From NCBI GenBank assembly GCA_046563655.1, contig CM102289.1, positions 3,224,001 through 3,288,000 of the forward strand: a stretch of DNA of 64,000 bases, given 5' to 3'. The notes beneath the pieces were generated by a model. The model saw only the letters and a list, made by a program, of their open reading frames with translations, did not search any database and was not told the DNA's origin. This document shows positions 47,072-58,847 of the stretch, piece by piece; the stretch's first letter is position 1; every line of letters begins with the position of its first letter. The DNA is from Yuukianura sp. NJ FZ-2021. Lineage: Eukaryota. The position numbers and the translations under genes were made by a program.

Positions 47072-48048
47072 ATGGTCGAGAGGTTTACATTTATGTGTTC
47101 AATTATTTGCGTCTCAATTGTAATTTTAGTACCAGTTTCCACGAATGGGACAAAAAAACAGCAGGACAAATCTAAGTCAACGATCGGCATGCACATTTTA
47201 AAGAATGGAGGTAAAAATCAAAAATTGGAAAAGATTTTGAGAAATCGAACTACAATATAAAAGTTACTAGGAGTTTCAATGAAAAAATTCAAATTTTTTT
47301 TGCTGCGGCAGTGCTTTCTAGGACAAATTTTCCTTCAGTTGGAACAGAATTCACTGAGGTTGCAAATCTTCTATCGGCGCCAAACCTACCGCGGAAAAAG
47401 AAGCTCAAATTTGGCCCATCTAATTCGCCAAAACGAAAACGGCAAAAGGCCAAAAGCGATTTGAATTTGGCGGGAGAAAAATTGAGACAAGACCCTGCGA
47501 CAGCGCCACAGCTTGGAGATTTACTTGTCCTTTCACCTTTGGCACTTCTAGCAGTGCAAGCCCCCCTTGTTTACGTCCTTTTTGCTTTCGTTATCTCAAA
47601 TTTGGCACTGATTAGTGTAGGCCGTGCAGAATTGACGCGGAATTTGGAAAATACTGAAGAAGTGTTGCAAAATATCAATGAATTTCAACCTCCATCCCGA
47701 AAGCTGAACTCGACATCAGATGAAGAAACGTCAGAGGAAGATGAAGCCTCTAGTACAGAAAATGAAATCTTGCACAAGGAAGGCTTTCCTGTTGAGAACA
47801 AAGGAAATTATCCAGGTCGAGGAATAGTACTGTTATGTGCTGCGTTGTTGATTTATGGCGCTCTTCAAGTTGGCATTTTACCTGCACTATTCGTGGGAAT
47901 GTTAACTTATTATTTATTTTATAATTTTGGAAATCGTAGGTTTGGGATTACGAGCCGCAATTCTGCTGGTAAATTAAAATCACTAAAAAAATTTGAAAGA
48001 TCGGATGATTACATTTTAAACCTAATTCATACCTATAAACCGCACTAA
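47072..48048 (+). CDS. Orphan protein (282 aa) with signal peptide and two hydrophobic blocks
   Basis: Exon 47072-47210 (hydrophobic N-terminus) spliced in phase 1 to 47339-48048; total 849 nt; basic patch, hydrophobic block, acidic linker, second hydrophobic block. Confidence 0.6.
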
Positions 48049-48907
48049 ACAATAAAATATCAAAAGAATTTTCGAAAATTCAAAACAAAAACTAGACAAT
48101 AAGAAATTAGTTATAGTTATGTGAATAAATGAGGTGAACGTTAAGTCTTTTGTTAAAAAAACAACTACCAGTTAAATGTAAATAATATTTAATAGCATGC
48201 AAAACATATTTAAAAACTATCAGACTAGTTTTTAAATATTGTTTTCCATTTTTCTTTTGCTAAGTATCGGGAGAAAAATAATTTTATTTTTGACATTTTC
48301 GAAAATGAAGGGAATTTCAGTCTTGATAATGTTTAGTTTTCTTAATTTTTGATAAATGGAATAACAACTTACATAAAACTCCTACCTTTAGCTGCCGAAG
48401 CATCATTAGAAGAAAACCACTTCAAGGTTTAGTACAAATGCACGTGTACGAAGGAGGAACTTTGTAGATTATTTGACTGATTCTGTGAAAATGATTTTGA
48501 TCATGTCTGAACATAATTATTTGTCATCCGCCAAAAGAATTGATTGACAACTCAAGTGGATAGAATTTCTAGGGAAAATCCCTGATTAGAAGCTGCATTG
48601 ACTTTCAGTTGACCTCGTGACCTCATCACACATTCTCATCAGTTGTACAGATTACCTAAACTATGTAAGTTGATCTAATCCCATAAATTATCGAATAGCA
48701 CAAGACTTATTGTTTAATAGATAAATAGAAAGTGGTATCCCAATTACACAACATGTTACAGCCCACTTTTTTGACTAAACTTTGTGGCACTTTTGCAGGC
48801 AGAGTCAGCTAGAACAGTCAGGAACAAACTTCCAAATTTGAAAAGTAGTAACGCCTTCCTGAAGAAATTCAAATTTGAGCACATTTTTGTATAAAAGTAA
48901 AGCAAAC

Positions 48908-51066
48908 ATGAAGAGCGGTGCATGGAAGAAGTTTCGCGACAGCGGAAGTCTTCTGACTGTGCTGACAGTTTTGGGCGTTGCAGTTGGCGTGGGATTGGGC
49001 ATCGGCCTCAAGGAAATTAAGCCAAAATGGACACCGCGCGAAGTCATGTATTTGAAATTCGTAGGTGATCTGTTTCTCCGTACGTTGTCGGCACTTATTT
49101 TGCCGCTCATCATATCATCCCTGGTAGATGCCATTGGATCACTGGATTTAGGCTTGTCTAAAAAAATTGGCCTCCGAGCTCTTGTGTACTATTTATCAAC
49201 GACAGCCGTGGCCGCTGTTTTGGGAATCGTTTTGGCAGTAACAATTCAACCTGGCAGTCATACCACGATTAACAGCGGATCAGATTGTCCCGTCTCCACT
49301 ACTTCACCAGTTGACACCCTGTTGGATCTTGTCCGTAACGTTTTTCCAAGCAATTTGGTTGCAGCAACAATGGAAGTGGTAAGGTTCAGAATTTATTTTA
49401 CATGGAATTTAAATCAAACCCTGAGGCGACATAAATTGCCCAATTTTTTTGGCCAAAAAAAAAGACTTTCTCTAGAAATTTTATAAAAATATTTTTTTCT
49501 TTGTTTTAGTCACAAACTGTCGTGAACAATACCAATGAGACAATTCGTAAGTTACAACTATAAGTTGTCAAAATTAACAAATTTAGTTTATGCAGCAATG
49601 TAACTTAAGGCCATGAATGTTATGATTTAACGTAACCTGAACTTATGGAAGTCCAATTTTTCACTGTACTATATGTTTGTTTTCTGCAGCATATGAAGAG
49701 CGTGACCTTGAGGTTGTCATGGTACGAGGGTCAAACATGTTGGGTTTAGTAGTTTTTGCCATGGTGCTTGGAGTGACTGTCGGTAGCATGAAATCGGCGG
49801 GAAAACCTGTGCTCTACTTTTTTAAATCTTTGGGAGAGGCTACAATGGTGATTACAAGCAAAGTCATCAAGTAATTTGAAAAAGATACAAAAAATTGTTA
49901 TTTTTATATAAATTTATTAATTATTGATTTTACTTTTTCCTTGGAATCCAGTTTTTCTCCTATTGCAATTTGCTCACTTATTGCCGGTCAGCTTGTGGAA
50001 CAAGAAGACATTGCAGCCGTATTTGCCGCCATTGCTTGGTACTTTTCTACTGTCATGATTGGCCTTTTTATCCACGGTGTCATTCTACTCCCAGTACTTT
50101 ATTTTGTGCTCACAAAAAAGTCGCCAATCACATTCTTCGTCAATATGTTCCAGTCAATTGCAACTGCATTCGGAACGGCATCAAGGTAACGCTTAATTCA
50201 GGCGCCGACTCAGTAACAAAGAGCGATGAGGTCAAAGCGCATACCGGTCTACCTTTTGCTTTACTTTTTCTTTGTTGCTTTGGAAAACAAAAATGCAAAC
50301 TTGAATTTTTCAATCCAGTTTTCAGTCATGTTTTTAACTTTTCTTTGCTTTCTAAGCTCTGCTACGTTGCCAGTTACAATGAAATGTTTGGAAGAAAACA
50401 ACAAAATTGATACAAGGGTCTCCCGATTTGTAATTCCGATTGGCGCAACGGTTAACATGAACGGAACGGCGTTGTACTTGCCAGTTGGCGCCATATACAT
50501 TGCACAACTCTGCATGAGGACGCTATCTATTGGAGAACTAATTTCAATTAGGTAAAATTGCCTAAACTAAACTTGTTAACGGCTATTCAAAACCAAATGT
50601 TAAATTTTTAATCAATGTCACGTAATTTATTAATTATTAATGTTAATTTTTAATTTGCAGCCTTGTTTCCATTGCTACAAGTATCGGTGCTGCTGGGATT
50701 CCTCAAGTAGGCATGGTCATTATGATGACAGGTTAGTTTGAAAAGAAAAAACGTTTTAACTCAAAATCACACCAAAAGCAACAGTTTGCTATAATTTCAA
50801 TTGTTGTTACAGTTCTGAGCAGTGCCGGACTTCCACCAGAATACATTGCTTACATTCTTCCTATTGATTGGCTTGTGGAGCGATTCCGAACAGCAGTCAA
50901 CGTCCTTGGCGATTCGTTTGGTGCTGGCATAGTCGCAAAACTTAGCAAATCAGATCTCGACAGAATTCCATTGGACGATTCGTCTCTAAACCCTGCATCA
51001 AGCACTTCCTCATCCTTGAACGCCGATGACAAGAAAAATGATGACATCAAAGACTATTTAGTGTAA
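48908..51066 (+). CDS. SLC1/EAAT-family amino acid transporter, divergent
   Basis: Seven exons; [86 protein letters not shown]. Confidence 0.93.
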
Positions 51067-51833
51067 CTCTGAAACAAAAAACTCAGAAACCAAGAAAATT
51101 AACTGAAATTATTAATAAGCCAATTTTTTGCTTAAAAAGTTACTTTTCATTTTGTGCCTACTTTTGCTTCTACTTTAGTACTAATAGTTCTACAATTACG
51201 TTAATATGACGTAGCCTACGCTACCATAAGATGTTTACAACTTTTTTTAGGAATTAGAGAATGTGAGCTGGGACTTAATTGAAGTTGTAAATTAACAAAA
51301 ATTAGTCCTTTTCGTTCAAGTTTTTGAAGATATTGGAAATTTTGGTGGTGTGTGTGGCGTGCTACCCAAACAGAAATAGGTGTTTTGGGAATTAGCTAAA
51401 GCGAGGGCAGGTAATTGAAGCATTCACCAATTACTTCAAGTGGCTAAATGGCATTTTTGAGGGACTTTAACCCCCACGTGAAGACGAGAGCCAGATTATT
51501 TCAGCATTGTCGAAAGTCATTTTGGACAGAACGCATCTTCAGCCAATTCGTCTTCAACGGCGGAATTTTAAAGTTTGAAACAATTTGGAATTTATTGGTT
51601 CGAAAATTGAACTTTTAGTGAATTCCACAATCCACAATATTTTTAGTCGTACCGGTCGTAAACAATAAAAACGAAAGTTTCCGCGGGAGTTAGTTTAAAT
51701 CCACGTAACTAACACTAAAACATTAGTTTTTGAAGCTTATAGTTTTGAAAGGTACTGTGATTTTTAATTTTCTTTTTGAAACAAAATTAAAACTTTAAAA
51801 CTTGAGCCGTTTTTACATTTGCAGCGTAGAAGA

Positions 51834-53695
51834 ATGGCGGAAGTGGAACCCACGGAAAGCCTTTCAGTCGAAAGGCTTTGCAACCGCTCTGGCATCACCA
51901 CAACGTCAACTGGCATGACTGTAGCTACGGATACCGGTGACCTTGACCTTGGTGACCCTTGGCAATATACTTACAGTTCAGGCGAAGTCATTTGGGGTAT
52001 TATTCTGGCTGTCGGGATTTTCGGTGTGAACTTCTGGGTGCTTTGGGTTGTCATGCACTCCCGGGAACTTTGGAAGCCGCGTCACTTGTGGATGGCGTGT
52101 CTCTGTGTCACTGATCTGTTCGTGGGAGTTCACAAGGTCATTGAACTCCTGCTCCTTGTTTTACCCAGAACCATGAAACTATTGTGTATTGTCAACAAAG
52201 CGACGCTGGGAATACCCTACATTTTGAATATTTTGGTACTCACGCTTTTGTCGCTTGACAGATACATCGCAGTATCGCATCCATTTCTATACAGTTCAAG
52301 CGCCTCCAACAGACACGTAAGTTTGTTCTATAAACTAAAAAAAAACATAAGTAAATATGCTTAGCTATGAAAAGTTTGCATTTTTCCGTCATTGTGATGG
52401 AACTCAATCCAGAAGTACACGAACTATATGAACTAGCAAGGTCAGCACAAACATTCAAATTGAAATTGTATTTTTGTAAATTGACTTTGAAAACAGGTTG
52501 GAGTTGGATTCGTGTTTGTTCTACTAGTAGGAGTAGGCTTATCCTGGTCTTCCATTGCCATTGGTCTGGAAGATGTCGTCTGTCGTGTTCATTTTTTACA
52601 ACTCAAATACCTCATAGCAGCGCTTGCACTGTGTTCCCTCCTTACTCTCTTCTTCAACGTCTCTGTTCTGCGTATAGCCAAAAAACATCTAACAGCCATT
52701 TACACCTCCGGCGCAACGCGGGTGAAGCCACGCCCACTCTCCGTTGTGTGTACCAACTGCGGACACCAGACTGTGGCCTTGAGCGCCGTGGCAGTGCCCG
52801 GTGTTTGTACAGACTCTGATGACAAGATCAATGACCTCACGCTGTCCGACGTAAAGTCAGAAGTAACTCCGTTTCTTGAAACGACCATCGCTCTACCGAC
52901 TCAAATTTTTGAAAAAATTGAAAATCCGTTGTACTGCTCAGAGGAAGTTCCAAATGTGGGAAATGAAATTTTTCGCGCTCAGTCACTTCCCGAAATGTCG
53001 ACTCCATCGAAGCAGATGAATCCTATTTTACAAACTTCGACCACGGCCAGTGCAAAGTGCAGAGTTGGCGAAAATGAAACAGCCAATGAGCGTACACTTC
53101 CAAGAAGATGTCGCTCGTTGTTTTCGTTCAACTCCTTGAATGCTAGACGCCACACAAACCTTCCTAGCGTTCAATTTTTTCGGCATTTACACTTCACTCG
53201 CACTCATGCGTTTCATGTAAGCCTATTTAATGAAAATTTTTGACGGTTATTCATACGCATTTTTGTTTTCATTTCCAATTTTCTTTTCCTTTTTCAAGTT
53301 TTGTTTTTGGATTTGGAGTTTCTGCATCGTTCATTTGAAACTAAATGAACTTTAGGCAGAGTAATGGGATAAATTGCAAATTTCTGTTTTAGGTTGGACG
53401 CCTTTTCCCTTCGATTCGATTTGCAAGAACCGTTTTATTTATAATGATTCCCATGTGGATTTTTATTCTTCCCGTGATTACCATTATTCCACTTCGTCGT
53501 TCCTGTGAACTGGAACCAACTCGATCGGGATGTTCAGTCGTGGACACTCTATGGAAATACCTCCTAGTACATATTAGATCTGTCCTGCTACTACAGGCTA
53601 TTCTGGACACTGTAATATACGCATGTCGCTCCAAGGAATTCAAAAATGCTCTTCGAAGAATTTACAAAAGAGAAAAATACGTTGACAAAAAATAA
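51834..53695 (+). CDS. Divergent rhodopsin-class (class A) GPCR
   Basis: Exons 51834-52316, 52498-53216, 53393-53695 in phase 0; TM1 Asn (GVNFWVL), TM2 LCVTDL, LSLDRYIAVSHP, long third intracellular loop, TM7 LDTVIYACRSKEFK. Confidence 0.85.
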
Positions 53696-54273
53696 TAATG
53701 AATCATTTAGTTCCAAATAGAATTTTGCTTGTGTTTACATGAATTGCCTAAGCCGTAACGCAATTGTTCAACCTTTATAAATGTAAAACTTTAACCTGTC
53801 AATAAAGCTTAATCATTGTACAAGTAAGTAAAACGTTGTACTTAACCATAATAGTGTAATTTGCATACATGTTAATACAGCTTAATTACAATGCTTAAGA
53901 TAATCTTAAATACATCTTCGTTACTGAAGAAAAAACTCGAAAATGTTTTCCTTTTTCAGCGTTTTGTCTTTAAACCTTTTCTTCGTTTTGTATCACTTTT
54001 AAAAACCGCGCTCTCAGTAACATAAATAGCAACGTTTTGTAAAAATATCCAAGTATAATGTGGCAATGATAACATAACATTGACATATATTCAACTGTAT
54101 GAACGTGATTTTATTAAATTGCTGTTTTAACATTGAAACTATAACTCATCGAATCGGGTCAAAGGCGTAAGTTGTCTAGCCTTTTCAAATTTGAAATTCT
54201 GCAATTTTTGCTGCAGGCAGTTTAGATCTAGCCTCGCTTTGAATTAGTGAACTGATTATTTAGCTCATGACAA

Positions 54274-55000
54274 ATGTCACGCAAGGTTCGAGTCGTATTT
54301 GGCGCCATAATTTTCGGAGGACTGCTTATTGCGGTAGTAGTTTATACGGATTGAATCAAAGTGTATAGTGTATGTACACCTAGCATGTTTTAATTTGAAT
54401 ACTTATTTTACTCGTAGTCATGCTGGAGTAATTGCTCGTCTAATGAGTCCTGCCAAGAAATTCGAGCGAACAATAATTCCGGAATTTTTTCCTCCTGCGT
54501 TAAATCGGTGAAGGGTGACAAATCGTCAAAATCCGTTTGCGGGTTCATTTTTGTTAAGGTAAACAAAATCCATTCTACTCAATACGTACACTTAAAAATT
54601 GAAATAAGCACAAGTGGGGTAATAGGATTTGAATTTGATGCATTTTTGCACATTTTATTATCGTAAGTTGTACTATTTAAATGTGTGGTTATAAAATGTG
54701 TAAAATAAAATTATTACTTTGTAGAGTGAAGAGCTCAACATGAACGAAACCGCGGAAAATCCGAATCCGTCTCGTTGTCAACTTTCAACAGGAAAAACTT
54801 CAAATAATAAGACTTGCGAAAACTTTGTCAAAAGCTATAGTCCATTTTTTGCACAGTACAAAAGCGTGCAATACAAGGTCTCATTTGACAGTTTTGTGCC
54901 GTACAAGTGTGGCGCCTACGACGACAATTTGTATTGTATTGTACAAGCAACAACTACAGCATCTCAAGACAATTCAGCCACTAAAACACTAAAATCTTGA
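54274..55000 (+). CDS. Small Cys-rich secreted protein (158 aa), unknown family
   Basis: Exons 54274-54333 (signal-peptide-like MSRKVRVVFGAIIFGGLLIA), 54418-54558, 54725-55000, all phase 0; nine Cys, several N-x-S/T sequons. First donor (GTAGTA) is weak. Confidence 0.6.
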
Positions 55001-55367
55001 ATCTTGTAAAAAAGCTTGGATAATGATTTTGGCTTCCTAGGTATATTTGGTATTACTCAAACTAATCGTGCTAAAACATATATTATAAAGAAGCGGAAAC
55101 AAAAGAGTGAAATACTTCGGATTTCAAAAATGCAATCCATTCGAAGAAATTAAAAGCAATTATGTTCTACCAAAAAATTCCACAATTTTGCAATGTGATT
55201 TTATTTTATTTGCAAAAATTCTAAATTCGTACTTCATGTTTAGTAAACTTGTAAAAATGTTTATATGTTTTTGATAAACTGGGTTGGAATTATAGAATAT
55301 TTTTGTTCCAATTATCCACTTCCATTTTTATTGTGCATCTCGTCATCATCAAAAACAAGCCAAAGTC

Positions 55368-55624
55368 GGAAGCAGGCCATAATCTAAGCAACAAAAATCT
55401 AAGCGCGCCAAAATCTAAGCAAGCCAAAATCTAAGCATGATCTTACAGTTGACTTGGATTAGGTTTTAATGGTTAGGTTAGTTAGGTTAGGTTCTTATTA
55501 ACGTTAGGTTAGGTTTGGTTAGCATAATTTCATTGCTAACTACGTAATTTAGCATGGTTAGATTTTTGGTTGCTTAGATTTTGGCTTGCTTAGATTTTTG
55601 TCGCTTAGATTATGGCATGGACTC
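55368..55624. mobile_element. Mutator (MULE)-type foldback MITE with 9-bp TSD
   Basis: Exact direct repeat GCCAAAGTC at 55359-55367 and 55625-55633; inverted arms made of four ~16-bp AATCTAAGC-core units each; central TTAGG/GGTTA-rich tract. Confidence 0.88.
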
Positions 55625-55832
55625 GCCAAAGTCAAAGTTCGCTTTACTCTGTCGACTAAATTAAAATAAATTAGATCATATTTAGCATTTTACTGAGAAT
55701 TTCATGTTCCAATACGTTAAACTTTTATTGTATGGAATTGAAGCCCAACCACTAAAATTCGCGCAGTTGAAAATTGAAGTTAACCTCGAGTGGTTCCGTA
55801 AGAGATTTCGAATTCAGTCAAAGTTTGTCAAA

Positions 55833-58281
55833 ATGAAACAAAAAAACATGAGTAAAAGTGCTTGTATTTTGTTTATCACTCTTCTTCAATTTTTTGGTAT
55901 AACACCGCAGATCATTTCCTAATCAATAGCTTAAGAAAACATTGGAACTAATATTGTAAATTTTTTTAAAAATTTTTTGCCTCATAGAATGTGAAAGTAC
56001 CAATGCATCTGACAGTCTGATTGACCTGCTTCTACAAAATTACAATCTCCTATCAAGGCCAGTTAGGAATGAATCGCATACGCTCGACGTTAAATTCGGA
56101 CTTACATTTCTTCGAGTTTACGACCTTGTAAGACCATGTTAATTATTGTATTTTATTATATCATAACATTTATTATATTCATTTACTACAACGATTAAGC
56201 CAACCAATTATTCATAAGCCTACAAAACTTACAACACAAAGGAATGTCTACTGAAAATATTTAACTGCATGCTTTCTACAGTATGAATGGGACGGGATTC
56301 TGAAGTCGGTGTTTTGGGAATCACTCGTAAGTCCCTTTCCAGAGAATTAATTTGTCACTCATAAATGATTAATTTAGTCAAACTTACAATTTACTGGATG
56401 CTCAAGGTTGCTATAGGAACGAAATAGATTTTCTTTAACAAGTTAGGCAATAAGTCCTGTTTTCGAAAAATTTGAGTCAAACAATTTTTTCTACCTTTTT
56501 TCTGCCTTTTTTCTTTTTTTCTACCTTTTACTTCTTTTCTAGTCTGAATTTGCCGATTCAAAAGTCATTTCCCCGAATTTTTTTAATTCCGTTTACCGTG
56601 CCAAGCGCGATTGAACCTAGGTGAATTCTGTATTGCGAATTTTTCGTAAATAAACTTTAAGCTCGAGTTATTGCCGAACCTGTTAAAGAAAAAGTATTTC
56701 TTTGTTTATCCACCTTGCTGGAATTGTTTGTTTGAAGGAATGGGTTGATCATGGCCTTGTCTGGGATCCCAAGGATTATGACAACATTACGTCGTTTATG
56801 GTCAATCCGTTCAAAATCTGGAAACCAGATATTTACATATACAACTCCATAAGCAGTAATTTTGACGAAACATTTCCCACACTAGCGATTGTCCGTAGTA
56901 GTGGCGCTGTGCAGTACATTCCACCTGGAATTCATTCCACCACATGCGCAATTCGATACGAAAATTTTCCATTTGATGAGCATAAATGGTAGGTCAATCA
57001 GCATTGTACTATTTGAGCTTTAAGGTCAAACCTCACATATATGTAGGAAGACTTGTGATAAAACTAACAAAATTTTTGATATTTTAGTGAGATCAAGTTT
57101 GGAAGTTGGACGTCACATGCTGGCCTTGTAACTTGTTTTTGACAACTTTTGCCCAATATTTGTTTTTTAAATAACAATTTCCTTTTAATCTTAGATTGAT
57201 ATTAGATTTAAAGGAGGGCCTCATGATGAGTTTCAGGCTGATATGTCGTCCTACTCTGAACACATAAACTGGGAAGTAATTTGTACGTTTAATGTTAAAG
57301 TTGAATTAAATATACATATGTTGGTAAGTATTATTATTACTATACTTTGAATTATTTAGCGGTAAATGGGAGCCGTAACCCTGTCTACTACGAGTGCTGT
57401 CTTGACCCGTATATTGATATTACCTACGTAGTTCACTTGCGGAGAAAAGGAAATGCAATTTTGGCGCAAATAAAATCGGCAAATTTGTTCATTTGCTTCA
57501 CACTATTCTTGTCGTTTCTCATTCCCGCTTCATCTGAACACAAAATCACATTCGGTATAGTACAACAAATTCTGAACGATTTTTTTTTATTTAAGTGCAT
57601 TCATTTATATTTAATTTAATTAGAATGTTTGCGTTATATTCCAGCAATCGTCCATTTTGCGAATGCTTATTTCACGCTCTGGTTTCTCGTATCGAATCAT
57701 CCTACTATCATTGCAAATTCTATGGATGGAGGAGGTCCTTTGGGTATAAACTTTATTATTAAAATTTAAAATTATATTTTAATTACCCTAATTTAGTTAA
57801 CTTATTGTTGTCTTGCAGTTGTCTATTTGCAGCGTGTTCTTGCATTAAGTGAATTTACACTCGGTGTCAACGTTTTCCTGTTTTGGCTCTTTAGAAAATC
57901 TGGGTCACTACCGCACTTGGTAAACTCTGTTTTCTTTACAACATCCAACCAAAATAAAACTAAAAATTAATTTTTTTTTTACTCAGATTACGAGATTTTG
58001 AAAATTTTTCAATGTTTTCTTGTTAGATTCGTCGAACTGTTTTGGAACGTTTGTCCAGAGTTGGACTTTTGCTTGGAATAAATCCAAAGAACACGTCAAC
58101 GCTTGATGATGAAACTCAAATCGCAAATGATCAAAACGACGCATGTGCAGGACCCCGAAGCCAAGGCGACTTGCCTTACTTGACGCTGATACTGGATCGT
58201 ATATTCTTTATTGCTTTTACGTGGCTAGCTCTCTTTTTGTGTGTGTTTGCATTCCCATCGTTTAGTGACGCAAATATGTGA
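55833..58281 (+). CDS. Nicotinic acetylcholine receptor alpha-like subunit, divergent
   Basis: Multi-exon; RPVRNES, IWKPDIYIYNS (loop A), Cys-loop CAIRYENFPFDEHKC, FGSWT (loop B), YYECCLDPY (loop C vicinal Cys), four TM segments ending LILDRIFF. Confidence 0.9.
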
Positions 58282-58847
58282 TTGTTAACTTGGCGAACAA
58301 AATTCAGCAGTCCATATGTCAAAAATATGAGTAAAAATTAAAACCCGCTTTACATATAAACTGGCAATGCATTGCCCGATTTGAGGCACAGTAAGTAAGT
58401 TTGAATAATATTAGCAATCTCATGTGCAAAATTTAATTAAATAGTTAAGACTTAAATTAGCATTTTAGTGATTGTTGTTGCCATATCGTTTCTGTCTGTT
58501 CAGAGACTTTTTAGGCGGAACCGGAATCATACAATTTGTTTTGTACAACTGTTTCTAATAACAATATGTTAAACTCATTTGTTGGTTGCCGTCAATTGGC
58601 ACCTCAATGCAACTAACAATTATGCCTGAAGCCTGGAAACTGTACGGCATAACATTGTTCTTGAATTCATTGATAAATGAACCAGATGTGATCCTGAGGT
58701 GTCAGAGCTGGCACCCGGAATACCGACTAATGTGTTTGGTGGATTTATGTCCTATTGAACACAACAGAAAAAAATATTTAAGAGAGTGTTACCTGCAAGT
58801 AATTGTTGTAATACAGTTCACAGTAGTTACTATTCAGTTGAGGAAAC

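Noticed and set aside
54352..54354. In-frame TGA as possible selenocysteine in the Cys-rich gene
   Set aside because: Needs a 48-nt intron from GTATGT; the upstream donor gives a typical 84-nt intron and avoids the stop; no SECIS recognised.
55458..55522. TTAGG repeats as interstitial telomere
   Set aside because: Short, degenerate and internal to a MITE.
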